Below are positions 15,801 to 15,803 of a stretch of 15,803 nucleotides of DNA, one piece after another. The stretch covers positions 1 through 15,803 of the forward strand of contig JAXDQU010000067.1 in the NCBI GenBank assembly GCA_034667685.1. The letters are read 5' to 3'. Below the pieces are notes generated by a model. The model was not told the origin of the DNA. It did not search any database and worked only from the letters and a program-made list of their open reading frames with translations. Positions within the stretch are counted from its first letter, which is position 1. The number at the start of each line of letters is the position of its first letter. This DNA comes from Thermoplasmata archaeon (GTDB lineage Archaea; Thermoplasmatota; SW-10-69-26; JACQPN01; JAJPHT01). The position numbers and the translations under genes are program-made.

Positions 15801-15803
15801 CCG

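Overview
A very GC-rich archaeal chromosomal window. The archaeal call rests on a complete TFB gene, a COG1395-type Cro/C1 HTH regulator and TATA-like promoter motifs; uncultured Thermoplasmatota is my inference from gene content and style. The left ~10 kb is dominated by signal-peptide genes: two Cys-containing secreted proteins, a PGRS-like glycine-rich protein, a head-to-head pair of small paralogues sharing an E-[ST]-N-x3-GLQ motif, and a 1581-aa membrane-anchored glycoprotein followed by two small membrane proteins. The right part holds tfb, several small hypothetical and zinc-ribbon genes, and the most interesting locus: a tightly coupled minus-strand operon of a small CxxC metalloprotein, a two-domain GNAT acyltransferase and a 410-aa CysRS homologue. 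That homologue keeps the Cys-activation and Zn motifs but lacks the anticodon-binding domain and the DDKII and GARV signatures. The architecture parallels MshC/MshD of mycothiol synthesis and may indicate an uncharacterised tRNA-independent cysteine ligase/N-acylation pathway. Three convergent gene junctions carry unrelated palindromes (17, 48 and 33 bp arms) associated with short 8-9 nt tandem units, and a heptamer array starts at the right edge. I saw no rRNA, tRNA, CRISPR array or transposase.
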